In this document: positions 26,103 to 39,080 of the stretch, one piece after another | Numbering within the stretch: position 1 is the stretch's first letter | Layout: each line of letters begins with the position of its first letter | Assembly (NCBI GenBank): GCA_000165425.1 | Contig: CT868001.1 | Span: 62,001 to 126,000 of the forward strand | DNA: 64,000 nucleotides | Reading direction: 5' to 3' | DNA from: Paramecium tetraurelia | Lineage: Eukaryota | Notes under the pieces: generated by a model | The model's database searches: none | Told to the model about the DNA's origin: nothing | The model's input: only the letters and a program-made list of their open reading frames with translations | Position numbers and translations under genes: made by a program

Positions 26103-27755
26103 TCACAATTTATTTCTCACCATTTTATCAATAATTTCCGTCAAGATTTAACATACTGTCCAATTGGGATTTTGTTTTTTTAAATCTAAATATTCTTTCA
26201 CCATTTTCTCCTAATGTTCTGGTCGTACCAACTTGGATATATCGCTGATATCTTTAGCCTACCTTTGATTTTCTTTCTCTCTTTCTTCTTTCGAAGTATC
26301 TATCTAGCATTTAAAGATGTCTTCATCTGGGTCTGTTTTTTAAATGTATGTATTCTCTTAATAGAATGGTTTGGATAGAGAATTATTTTTTTTATGTAGA
26401 CTTTAGGAAGTATCAAAAATCTAAGGAAGAACATTTTAACCGAATGGCTAAGATGATTGTTGAACGATTGCTTGATTAAAATTTTGAGTCATTGAGGACA
26501 ACTCATTATTTGGAATGGGGAAATTCGTAAATTTATTCGATATAGTGCCGAATGGTTTTAGGGTTCCTTAATTCTATTTATCTTATGAAGTTTGCTATGG
26601 AAACATGGGGAAAGGGCTTGATTATTATATGGGTTTTAGAGTTGATTAGAATTAGAATTGTTATTATGAAGGTGGAAGTTATACAGAAAAAGAGTCTGGT
26701 ATTTTGGCTGAAATAGGTGCAGAAAAAGTGTCTGGCGGTTTGGCTGCCATTGGGAATTTGTTTGGTTGGATAAATTATTGTGTTGTTTGTGGAATTCCGT
26801 GTAGTACAGTGGATGGACGCTTTTGTGCATTCATCGTTTAAAAGGGGGTTAGAGCTGGAGGTAGATTATTGAACTTAGGCACTTCCTTTTACTCAAAATT
26901 CACAATAGGATTAGTTTTCATATTTCTAGTTTATTATTGCTTGTTCCCTATCGAAGATGCTTCGTATTTTCTATTTTTTAAGTCATCTTTTTAAAGCTCG
27001 TCTATATAGGTTTCTAATTCTGGTTTTCCCTCTACGATGACTTTAAAGATGAATTGACTTAGTTTGTTGGGTAGTTTTGAAAGCTCTTGCACTTTATCCT
27101 ATGGGATACGTGTTCTGTCTGGATGGTTTCGATTGAACAACCTCTGCGATGTGTAGACTTCAAATACTACACAGGCAAAAGCAAAGATATCAATAGTTTG
27201 ATCATAGACTCTGTCTAGCATCAAGTCTTAATTCCAATAAGAACTATCTCCTACTGCATCTAATTTCTCTTTCATTATAAAATGAACAACTTAATTTAAA
27301 TTAGTTATTTTATACTATCCATTTACAAAACAGATGTTTTCAGGATTTATGTTCCTGTGTCTGTAGCTGAGTAGGTGGAGATAATATATTCCTTTGGCAA
27401 CATCCTCACAAATCTTAAGTTTTTGAACGTCGTCAGGTTACTAATGCTTCAATTAGTAATTGAGATAGGATTCCTATTGGACATATTCCTAAATCACATA
27501 TAAATGTTTTGTTTGGGGATCCATAAAGAAGTCTTGATAATGTATGATGTTTTCTTGTGGGAATTAGATCAACTCGTCCAGACACCTCATAAATTGATCG
27601 GTGTATTGTTTCAGAACATCACATTAAATTCTGATGTTTTTGCCTTCCATTTCCCCTTCAAATCGATCCAGATTCTGGTCGATGGATTGCCTGTTTCTAA
27701 GGACATAGACCCACCCATTCGAAGGGTTTTGTTTTCTGATCGAATTCTATTACAT
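26103..27755 (-). CDS. Protein kinase-like protein (probable pseudokinase) with Pro/Gln-rich region
   Basis: 1653-nt frame; LKICEDVAKGIYYLH..HRNINPENI and QTIDIFAFAC. HRD is replaced by HRN and DFG by NLN. Confidence 0.75.
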
Positions 27756-27786
27756 TTTATATTATTATTGTTATAATTTAAAACTA

Positions 27787-30700
27787 ATGATAATGAATAA
27801 TAGGAAGACTCTTTTTGAGTATTCAAAATGGGATCTTTGGATTCACTCCCTAAAGATGTCCATTTACAACCTCACACATAACTTACTCTTAAACAGTGTT
27901 GTAACTGTGCACCTATACAATTTCCTAATTTTATTGGAAACCATGCAAATGGTAATTGAAATCATATAACATTTCAGGTGTACTATTCAATACATCCGAG
28001 CTTTTCATTCCTCTTCCAAACTCCCATTTTCAAATATTTCCGCTTAATTCTATCCTATTTCTAGCCCAACGAAGTATTGGGCAAAGGACAAATAGAAATT
28101 TAGTTAGCACTATTGTACATAGTAATACAAATCACCTATCAAGGTATTCGCAGTATAATTGCTCATGATCGCCTTGAAAATTGTGATCCTCTGCAATTTG
28201 AAAAAGCATACCACATTTTACATCTACACATATCGACTTGTAGCCTACTTCGGAGTATTCTTCAACACAATCCTACTGATTCCATTCACCAACGTGTACA
28301 TCGCCATACTGTATTGCGTGAACTCCAACTTTGAATGCTATGTCGGAGCCTACTATGCTCACTTTGTGTTTTCTGTAACGCGTTTGTGTTTCAATATATT
28401 AGTTTTTGGGACTCTTCATGCACTTGATACACATCGTCTACTTCAACTTGATTTTCATGGAACAGAACCCATTTTCCTCCATCCCTTTTGCCACTCCTCA
28501 ACAAAGTGCCACTCTCATCAAACAAATCATAAAGATCGTCCTGCCCATCTACACCATCTTCGACTACGCTGGCTCCCTAGACAGAGTGTTCATCTCACTC
28601 CTCTGCTTGTCCTACATCTATCTGAATGTGCAACGATTCAAACAACCCAAATACTACAACAAATGGGTTGCTTGGGCCTCGATAATAGAGGAAATCACTT
28701 TGCTCTGGATCACACTCGTGAGTTTCTTCACGGCCTTCATCAATTACAACCAGGCTGAAGACATAGGGTTCTTCTATATGATAATAGGCATCCCCTTGGT
28801 AATTCTTGTTTATTTTCACCTGTTGCATCTCCAAAATAAGAAGGTCCTGTCTATTCTATTCAGAAACATCGAAAGAGACATCGAGGCTGAGATATACCTG
28901 CTCGAAGTCATTAAGTTGATCAAACAGAGAAAAAAGATCTGGTCGCGAATGCTCCTGGAGGGCAAACTGAGATTGCACTCCAAGGCCTGTTAAAACAAGG
29001 ATTGCATCTGCAAGGCTTTGATGCATGAAAACATAAAGGAGGAGGAGATCGATCAATATTGGTATAAGTTTTTGGGATTCCTATTGAATGAGATGAGAGA
29101 AAGGTTCAATAAGAGTTGTAGAATCAATCTTCTGTATGCCTTTTTATTGAATGATCAATTGAACAACCATTTCAAAGCACTCACTGAGATGATGTTCGCA
29201 GAAGACAACAAACCATCCTTATAAGAGGAACTAGCTATGTACCATTATAAATAAATCATCCAACAAAAACTGAAAGACATGGAACAGAAAACCAATGAAA
29301 ATAAAGGAATAGATGTGAATGGAATAATGGTATTCTAGAATACCTTCATCATCTTCCTGAATGCAGTAGAGAAGACAGTCAATTATCACATTGAGTACTG
29401 GCGTGAGTTACTGGAAACTAATCCCGATATTCTAAAATTGAAGGTAGTTGGATCCAAAATAACAAAGAAATTAGAGTAGACAATGATTTAGTATCAGAAA
29501 TTGCAAGAGCTGAATTCTAATCACATTAAGTTTTTAACCATCTATGGCAATTTCTTAAAAGAGATTGTGAATGATGAGGATGAGTCCAATAGGATTCTAG
29601 ACAGAGTTCAGATTTTGATCAAACAATTCCAGAACAATAAGATTCATGATTAAATAAGATTGAAGTATGGAGAGAATGCCAATACATGTATAATAACATG
29701 TTCAGGTAATTTTAACAACATGGGTGTGGTCACCAATTGCAATAATGAAATCACACGACTTCTACAATTTAGTAAGAGTGACATCATGGGTATTAATATC
29801 AATTGCATTATGCCAAAAATATATGCAAGTCATCATGATCAATATATGATTGATTACATAGATACCAGCAAACCAAAAGTGATGGACAAAGAGAGGATCT
29901 TGTGTTGCATTAACTCCCAACAATATTTGGTGCCTTGTTCTTTGATGATCAAGATACTTCCAAATCTAGATGAGGGCATCAAGATGGTTGGATTCTTATA
30001 AGATTACAATAATCAATAGGAATCAAACGAAGAATGGCATTATCTAATAGTTGATGGATACACTCAGACTCTCTTGGGCATCACCTAATCTTGCACTCAA
30101 ATCTTCGGAATTCCACAATCTATTATGACTAATAATACATTCAAATAGAAATTTACTTTTGATGTGCTCTTCCCAAATATAGAAGAACACATCAATATGG
30201 AAGATGGAATCCTCACTTATTTAGATACAACTCAATTGTAGGAAGACTATTTATAAGGAATTGGAGAAAGTCAGAGTGAAATATCAATTGAGGATGACGA
30301 TGATTAATTCTGCGAGTTTCCTCATGATCCATTGAGATCCTCGAATGATACAAGAATACAAAGGTATTTACTCAAACCAGTGGAGGTGAAACAATAAGAC
30401 TAAGTCTCTGATACACCTAGTCCATTGTTTCATAGATTTTAGACTGTTGATTTCAAGAAAAAGAAGAATGACAAATTGCAAAGATACAAAAAGTATAAAG
30501 TTAAATTAGTATTATGCGATCAACTCAAAATTGGAGAAATCAATTTATAAACTATCAAATTTATGTGGATCAAGGAGGATGAGTAGAGTGAACAAATTAT
30601 GAAGATGGATTCCATGAATTCAAAGCAAAATCAAAATAATCAAGATAACAAAATCAGCGATCATTTACAACCAGTAATCGAGGATGGCAATTCAAGTAGA

Positions 30701-32815
30701 TCTTCTAGAACTGAAAATAATCAAAAGGAATTGAAGGAATTCAAATAAATGATATCATCCAAAACTCAACCTAGATCTATAATTATTTTAAAGCGTACAG
30801 TTTGGTTCATTATGATCCTTCTACTAACTTTAAGTACTTTAATTATGGCTTATAGAATCATTTAGATTGATGATGTTAAGGAAGGTGTGAATGCCATCTA
30901 TTAAGGGTATTACAGACATAATATCATCTCTGATGTTGTCTACAATGCTCGCAAATTGCAACTCATTTATAACAATACTTATAATGATGATTTGTAAGTA
31001 GTCAAATCGGATTTATAATATTGGGTCAATTCATTACAACAACTGCAATATGATTTAATCAATGTCAGACTCATTATGGAAAATAGAAAGGGAAGCCAAA
31101 TTCAACCTTAAATGTACACAACCAAGTTCTTAATGTCTAATGGACAAGAAAGCAATTAAGATCTACTCTTTGATGATGCCATGATGTACTTCATCACATC
31201 TGGTTCCTAATTGGACAATGCTTCAAACGATTCCTTTATTTAATCTACAAATAGTGGTTACAAGAATTTCTATTTTCTCATCAATAATGGATACTATGTA
31301 CTCAGAAATGGATCTGAAAACATTGCTAACAATTTCTATTCCTTTTATTCTAATCTTATCTAGGATTACTTGATCAAATTCCTCATCATCATGATCATCG
31401 GCATTGCATTCCTCATCATCTCCTCCTTGGTCTTAATTCCGATTGTCTCACAAGTGCATGATACCAATAATAAAGTCTTGTCCCTTTTTGGTATCATACC
31501 TGTGAATGAATTAAAGGATTTGGTCACTAAATGCGAACAGTACTTAAAGAATTTCTTAAATGAATAAGGAGATTCACATAAACAAACAAAAGTGTAAGAA
31601 GCATAAATTACTCACTAAAATATCATTCATACATCTGGACATGGAGAACAACCATTAATAAATAAGGAACATCCAGAGAAATAAGAGAGTAATGAAGATG
31701 ATGCTAGCAAACTCATTCAAAAACCATAAAAGTTATTGTCATCAGGACATCAAAGTGTAAGTCATGTGAAACAATTATCAAATTTAACTTCTGATGGCTA
31801 ACCTCAAATCCCCATACCAGTTTCTTAAGGTGCAACTAAACACGATTTAAAATTTTCATAAAAGAAATAGTAATAGAAAGAGGAAGAGAAAGAAGATGAT
31901 TAAGAAAATTTAAAAGCAAACAAATTGTTGAATTCTCAAGGAAGTCACAAATGTGCTGTAACTGTCTAGTTTATATTCTTTGCTCTCTTGTTCATTTCCT
32001 ATTTTGTCTTAGATATCATATTAGAATCCTATTTCCTTAAAGAAACTCAGAATATATTTGATCACCTCAAAAACATAGAAGACAGACCCATCAATATTAA
32101 ATACTACATGTACTTGTCAATTGAGCATTTGCTTCTACAGAATCCCACTTCTTTAGATACATATAAGACGGACTTTCAAAACAGATAGTCAGAAAATGAA
32201 CGAAACATATCCATTGAAATTCAATAGTCTCACCCTTCATAATTTGATTCATATTTTTCATTATTGGCTGGTATTTCTTTTAATAGTCTGTGCGACTATC
32301 CATTCACTGTAAACTAATTCACTCTGGTCGCCTCAACTTGCATGGAGGTATAGGCTGGCCTCTTACAATAAGGATTGAAAACTACAATAGCTTCAGTCGC
32401 ATTAACATCTAATGATATGCTAGCTAAGTGGTCATTAAGTAATAAGACTGTTGATGATCTATCCTAAACCTTGAAAGATTATTTTAAAAAGCTAGACTCT
32501 ATTATGCAATATGTATCTAACTGTTGCTATTATCTAACTTTGTAATACTAGTAGGCTACCTTAGATTTTCTGTCATATTCAGAAATGATTGAATAAGTCA
32601 AATTTTCTGTGTTTCTAATTGTTATGTTCTTTGTTTTCATATTTTGCATGACTCAATACTAAAATAATTTGAGTGAATAAATCTGGGAAACTAAGGTACT
32701 CTTATTTTTATTATTGCAGGGCTTGTTGAATATGATTCCTTTAGAGATTATTGCCAAGTATCAACACTTGAAGGATCAATTTGTTGGAGGAGAAATTCTT
32801 AAAGCTGTTCAATGA
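27787..32815 (+). CDS. Large multi-pass membrane protein with PAS domain (TmcB-like/PAS S-box family)
   Basis: N-terminal TM cluster; PAS segment GVVTNCNNEITRLLQFSKSDIMGININCIMPKIYASHHDQYM; C-terminal TM helices and LLNMIP. Introns near 27952, 28375 and 32696; TGA 32813-32815. Confidence 0.85.
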
Positions 32816-33341
32816 ATAAATAATTAATAATTACTCACTGTGAGCACCACAATCCTTGTGTCAATAGCTCTTTTATAATTATTATAAAATAAATATAATA
32901 CTTTGAGAATCATTCATTGTTTTTGTTTTCTGAGTTTTGGTAGTAATGAGATTATGAGCATATGTAAACATGAATATCTTCTCAATCTCAAGCCAAAAAT
33001 AGATACATGACAAACATAATTAATAAATGGACTCAGTTGCTCAGTGCAATAAGGTAAAATTCATAAATAATTTGTATATTTAAAGTTGAAACAATATCTT
33101 TAATCCTTATTTGACTAGAATTATTCAATTTTAAACTCTGTAATTTGAATAATAAGCTTATCAATATCGTTTAAATGTGATTAGAAGGTATCAATTATAG
33201 ATAATCATTAAAAATTTCGTTTATTTTTCTACAAAATTTGACATTATCTATAATAATAAATTTTGTTTATTCTAATTTATTAATCTTCCCTTAATTTTCT
33301 AATTTCCATCATAGATAATACACTCTACTAAAACTTAAATT

Positions 33342-33414
33342 CAATTTGTGGTGATGTGGTTAACACGCCGGATTCCAAATCCGAAGGCCCGAGGTTCGAC
33401 TCCTCGCAAATTGC
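33342..33414 (+). tRNA. Atypical tRNA with CCA (Trp) anticodon and 4-bp anticodon stem
   Basis: Cloverleaf: acceptor CAATTTG/CAAATTG, D-arm GTG..TGGTTAA..CAC, anticodon loop TTCCAAA (CCA 33375-33377), T-arm CGAGG-TTCGACT-CCTCG; followed by T7. Confidence 0.88.
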
Positions 33415-33421
33415 TTTTTTT
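33415..33421 (+). terminator. RNA polymerase III oligo-T terminator
   Basis: TTTTTTT immediately after tRNA position 73. Confidence 0.6.
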
Positions 33422-33476
33422 AATTTTTAATAATAAAAAATAAATTAAATAATTAAGATTCCATTTTCATGATAGA

Positions 33477-34260
33477 TCATAAATAATAATTTTTAAAGTG
33501 TAATCCTCCATATTCTAAAAAAGAGGGGTTTTCTAAGAATTGTTCTTTTGTTTATCTTGTCCAATTCTTTTCAGATAAATATTCAATGTTGATTGCTTTT
33601 TATATAAGACTAGCGCTTGCTGTTTACCAAGTAAATCTAATGTCTTATGGATAAATAAAAACAGGAATTAGATGGATAAATATCTTATTATATTTGTAGC
33701 AATCGAGTATTCCTTTCTTGCTAAGCCACAATTTAGGCTGCAATTATTGTTTAATGCATTCCCACAATAAATTTTAAGTCATTATTTCCTAAGCCAAGAC
33801 TCTTTTTCAAAACTTCATTCAAATTTTCCTTGAAACCAATGCTGATTAATATAACACTCTATCTATTAAATATCTAATTGCTACCAATAATTTTGTATCC
33901 TTTTGACAGTATATTTTTAATAAGTTATAATGTGTAATTTAAACTAATTTCACTTACATCAGAAGGAGTATATGCCAAGATCTTAGTTGATAATTTTTGG
34001 GCGCTAATTTCGATTGTTTCAAATTGCAATGCCTTGCCTTTAAGTTTACTAATTATTTCTGAACTTTCGACTTGATTTTAGTAGAATTGTTTATTGAGTG
34101 ATAAAGAACATTATTTAACAATGTAATTATGATTCGTGATTGGCCAAAAGCAACCTGCAATTATGATAGGTCCATTTAGAAGTCCTCTGCCTGCTTAGAA
34201 AATACCTAGTATCCATTCTGAATTGGCTTTAGAATATTCGTCTAAAACAACAAAAAGTCA
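33477..34260 (-). pseudogene. Degenerate RNase H2 subunit A paralog
   Basis: WILGIFQAGRGLLNGPII (cf. LGIDEAGRGPVLGPMV), IAAQIVAQQERN (cf. SAASICAKVARD), PVFIYPQDIRFTW (cf. PVFGFPQFVRFSW). Upstream in-frame TGA, frameshift near 33670, GSGYP segment missing. Confidence 0.7.
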
Positions 34261-34751
34261 CAAAAGTATGTGGCTATCTAAATGATACTTTCTAAATGTG
34301 TTTCCAAAAGATCATTTAAAATATTGCAAAAGATGAAAATTTTAAATTCAACATTTATTAGATTTTGAATAATTTGATTCCTAATACTCTGATACCTAGC
34401 CTAAATCGCTTTAAATGAGAATTATTTTTCATAATATAATTTAATTTTTCTACATTATTAAAGTGTAAATTAAATTACTATATTATAAAAGTTGCGTGAA
34501 TTAAAAGTAATTTCTTCGAATTAATAAGTAATTGTGAATAAATAATATTAAAATAAATAAATAATTAACATAATATTTAAAGATTTCAAATAAAATTAAA
34601 GAATTATTCTTATTAAAATTAAGAAAATACAAGTAAAATAATATACTAGGGATGAACACTTTTATTTTACAATGTTTGAAATGATCTAAAACAATGATGT
34701 CTTGTAATCTAAAAAAAAATATTTATGGGATCTATTATTTCATTATAATAA

Positions 34752-35747
34752 TCATGAACTACTCCTAATGCAGGTATTATATATAAATTCACATATTCTC
34801 ACTATGGGTTAAAAAATAAGAGCATATAGCAACATTGATAAAATCATATAATCATCAATTTACAATTTTAAACTCTTAAAGGAAAATAATTATTTTTACA
34901 TCTTATTCTATCATTAATCTTAACTCCAAAATTAAATATAATCCGTAGATGATACTGATAAATGCACATAACAAGTATTGCAATGCAAAAGAAGAGTCGA
35001 GTATGACAAAAAAGATAAAAGCCAACAAGGTGATGAAAAACACAATAACTGCGCCAACTATAAAATATAGAATGAGAATACTTTAGAAAGAAAGATCTTT
35101 CTCTTTCAAAATAACATAACACATCAATCCAAATATAATAAGACCAATAGTTCCCCAAGTCATACAAATGAACATAAAATAAATATGAATACCCATAAAA
35201 TTGATATGAATACCCATAATCGCCCATATTATTGCAAACGTAAATCCATAGATCAATTAATATAAGAAAAAAAACAAGTATGGATGCATAATCTAAACTT
35301 AACAATATAATTATTACTTATCTTCCACTTTGTTGTCCAAAGTAATGTGTAAATTACAAAGTCATCGAAGAACTTAGAAAAAAATAGAACACCCAAGTTG
35401 GCCCGTAATAATAGCCGCAGGTTTCAACTTTTTGACCATCTTCGTAGTCAGATACACAGATGTAGGCGATCAAGTAAAACAAATCAAATAAATATGTAAA
35501 GACCACTAACATAAACATTACATAAGTAATGAAGAATTCAATCAGTAAAATTGCAAACACTTTCTTGAGAAAGTTAGTTCTGATTGATAAATCATTAAGT
35601 TTATCCTACTCTAAAGATATATCTTGTAAAATTACATTCAAAGTAATTATTTTTCTAAATTTATTATCCTTGTGTTTCAAAAGACTAGATATTAAGGTAT
35701 TATTATTAAGTGGGCTAATTTACGTTGTTGGAAAAGTTGTTGTTCAT
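34752..35747 (-). CDS. Bax inhibitor-1/TMBIM (Lifeguard-like) membrane protein
   Basis: IRTNFLKKVFAIL near the N-terminus, multiple TM helices, IDDYMILSMLLY at the C-terminus; several short introns. Confidence 0.75.
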
Positions 35748-36726
35748 TTATTTTAAGGTAATTAAAATATTGAAGAATATTTGTTTACCCTCAGGGGTAT
35801 AAAAAGACAAGGTTATTGAATGATTATTCTATATTTAATTTAAAATTTATAATTATAAAATATACATTATATCAAATTCTATATTTATTTTCAAATTTAA
35901 TACAAATTGAAAATTTAAATAATTAGTTATATGTATAATTAAACAATTTGTAGATTAAAAAATGCGTTCTTTATTTTCTTAGGGATTAAATTTTTAGTTG
36001 CATTGTTGTAATAATAATAATAATTAAAAAAAAAAAATCGTAATATATTCGATATTCAAAATTGAATCAGTTCTCATTTTTTTCTATAAATTGAAGCTTT
36101 GCATATACTTTCTTTCATATCTCATATTTTTATAAAATCAAAGATTTTCTATTTAATATATCCAACCTCCAAAACAGGTGAAAAAAATTATTAATTCCTT
36201 ATAATAAAGTCATTATGATTATTTGTTGTAACAATTTAAAAACATATTTATAAATATATAAGTTATAATATTTAATCAAGTTCTACAAGTTTTGGAACGC
36301 TCAACACAATAAACATTCATAACAATTAATGAAATTTATATGTTAAACAATTCAATGCAAAAATATATCATGATTTATTCAATAAGAAAATACCCCCTAA
36401 TTTAAATGTGTCCTTAATAAGAGTACTTAATAATTAAGGTCATATTATGTCTTAGTTCCTCAATTAATTTATTGAAATCATAATTTTTATATAAAAATAA
36501 AGTGTTTATTTTTGTTAGGAATGATTTTTTCTATTTATATGAAAGAGAGATGAATACTATGATCACGTAATTGAAATTCAATAAATTTCTCTATCAATCT
36601 TAAGTTGAATATTGATATTTGACTGTAATAAAATAATTTTACAAAGTTATTTTCCTGTAATAATTAATAAGTAGAATCTGGAAATCATTTTTGGTTTATC
36701 ATTATTAAAATAACCATCGATTTGAT

Positions 36727-38871
36727 ATGTCATCTTGCAAGACTAATGAATGTCAAAGGCCGCCTCTTCTTGCTTTATATGATAAAATAAGCAGATTAAA
36801 ATCATTGGATCGAATTTTGATAAATACAGGCTCTAATTTTAAAGCTAAATCACCACAAAAATCACCTGACATTAGGGCAATTCTTGATCATTCTAAACTT
36901 TCTATTGAAAGATCAAAATCCTCCAAAGCAATTGACTAATAATTAAATCATTAAAAACGAGAACAGAAAAACGACATACGAAAAGAAGGCCAGCTTTTGC
37001 AATTATATTTAATGTGTATGCATAATTCATTATAAAACCAGAGATTAGTAATTAATTTATAAAAGAAAGCAAAGATAATAGAACCGATAAGTGTCTTCAA
37101 CTTCTGGAGCCAACCTTTGTACATTAAATATGTAAGAAATCAGTTTAATTAACTTAGTGAACTTAAATTCATTAATTCCAATTAACCCAAACTTAAAAGC
37201 AAATATAAATTTTCAAGATATCAAGAAGAACTCTGCATTGCATTACGCAGTGTTGAATGAAAACGTCTCTCTTGTGTAAGCTTTGATTTTTAAGCAAATT
37301 TAAATAGACATAGTAAATTCTGAAAATATCACCCCTTTTATGCTAGCTTGTATTCAGTAAACTTTGATTTAATTTTAAAAGCGGCCATAGAGACATAATT
37401 CTTATTTTGTATGAGGAAGGAGCAGATATCAATCATTCAGATAACAAGGGAGATACCTCGCTTCATTATGCGTGTAAATTAAATTAGAAAGAGGTGGTTG
37501 AGTGTTTATTATAAATGAATGGAATTTAAATAAGAAAAAATAATGAATAAAAAATACCAGAATATTATACAAATCTATTAGAAATTCAGAAGTTGTTTTA
37601 AAGTTATCATTTATCTACAAAAAGTAAGAGAAGTAGTAATTCAGAAAAAAGAACAAAAGAGATTAAAATTTAAAATATTTTGACAGAGTACCTTAAAAAA
37701 ACCAAAAAATGTCAATCAAAAGAAACTTCTACTCCTATAGTCAATTTATAACATGAATTAAAATAGTAAAGTGTAAATCAACAAACCAATCAACTAAATC
37801 AAATTTTAATAAATACTTCATCTACTATTGATTCTTTGAAATAGTCAAAATCTAAGGAGGATGAACGAATAGGCCCACAACAATTTTTATTAGTTGGACT
37901 CTTAGGCAGAGGAAGTTTTGGAGAAGTATATCTTGTATAAAGATAGTAGAAATTATATGCTATGAAAGTGCTACGAAAAAGCTTAATTTTCAGTATAAAT
38001 CACAATTTATATAAGAGTAAAACATTTGCAGATACGCAATAACTGAGAGAAATGTCTTATCAGTATCTTCACATCCATTCATTGTTAAATTAAGATATGC
38101 CTTTTAGACCTAGGATAAATTATTTATGATATTAGACTATTGTCCAGGTGGTGACTTAGGTTAGGTCTTGACTAAGTAAAAACGATTGCCTGAAAATGTA
38201 GTCAAGCTGTATATGTGTGAGGTAATATTGGCATTAGAGGATCTCCATAAAAGAGACATAATCTTTCGAGATTTGAAGCCAGACAACATTGTACTTGATT
38301 CGGAAGGTCATGCTTTGATAACAGACTTTGGCCTATCGAAAGAAGGAATTTTTGATGCTGATAAAGGAGCTTAATCCTTTTGTGGTTCAGTAGCATATTT
38401 AGCTCCAGAAATGCTACAAAGACAAGGACATGGGAAGGCTCTAGATTGGTATTTACTCGGAGTTGTTATGTATGAACTCTTAACTGGATTGCCTCCTTTT
38501 TATTCAGACGATAAAGATGTCTTATTTAACAATATTTAGAATGGGGAGCTTCAAATTCCAAATTACATTTCTGCAGAAGGGAAGAACCTTTTGAAAGCAG
38601 TAAGATATTATTAATTCTTTAGCTATTGAACAGAAATCCAGTAAATAGATTGGGATCTGGAGAAGGGGATTATTTGGAAGTGAAATAACATCCTTATTTT
38701 CAAGACATAAATTGGGATAAAGTATTTAATCGAGAACTCAAGTTGCCCAAGCCTACTAATAATAAGGCGTATTTGATATCAAAAGGGGGGTAGAATGTGT
38801 TTGATTTGCAAAGTTTCATTGAAATAGAAAAATCTCATGTTGATGGATGGTCATACATTCATACAGAATGA
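36727..38871 (+). CDS. Ankyrin-repeat plus AGC-group Ser/Thr protein kinase
   Basis: Ankyrin motifs ([24 protein letters not shown]), then [37 protein letters not shown] and an AGC C-tail; TGA 38869-38871. Confidence 0.9.
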
Positions 38872-39080
38872 ATATTTTAAATGCTAAAGTTTATTTTGAT
38901 ATAGATTTTTATACTCGCAATAAGATTATAACCCATTTTCTTTATAATTTTCAGGGCTTTTCTATATTTTGATCATCAGTGTTTAGATTGATAGTATTTA
39001 CCAATAATATTAATTGATTAAATAGTATATATTATTTTAATCATAAATTTATACTTCTAAGTTTAAGAATATAATTGTAG

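Noticed and set aside
32945..32992. SECIS-like ATGA..AA hairpin downstream of the PAS gene
   Set aside because: The 3' strand is CTCA (Watson-Crick) rather than the NGAN of the GA quartet, and I saw no Sec-like in-frame TGA upstream.
34430..36700. Retained IES, transposon ends or telomeric repeats in the very AT-rich stretches flanking the BI-1 gene
   Set aside because: No telomeric C4A2/C3A3 repeats, transposase or long terminal inverted repeats seen; IESs cannot be called without a germline/soma comparison.
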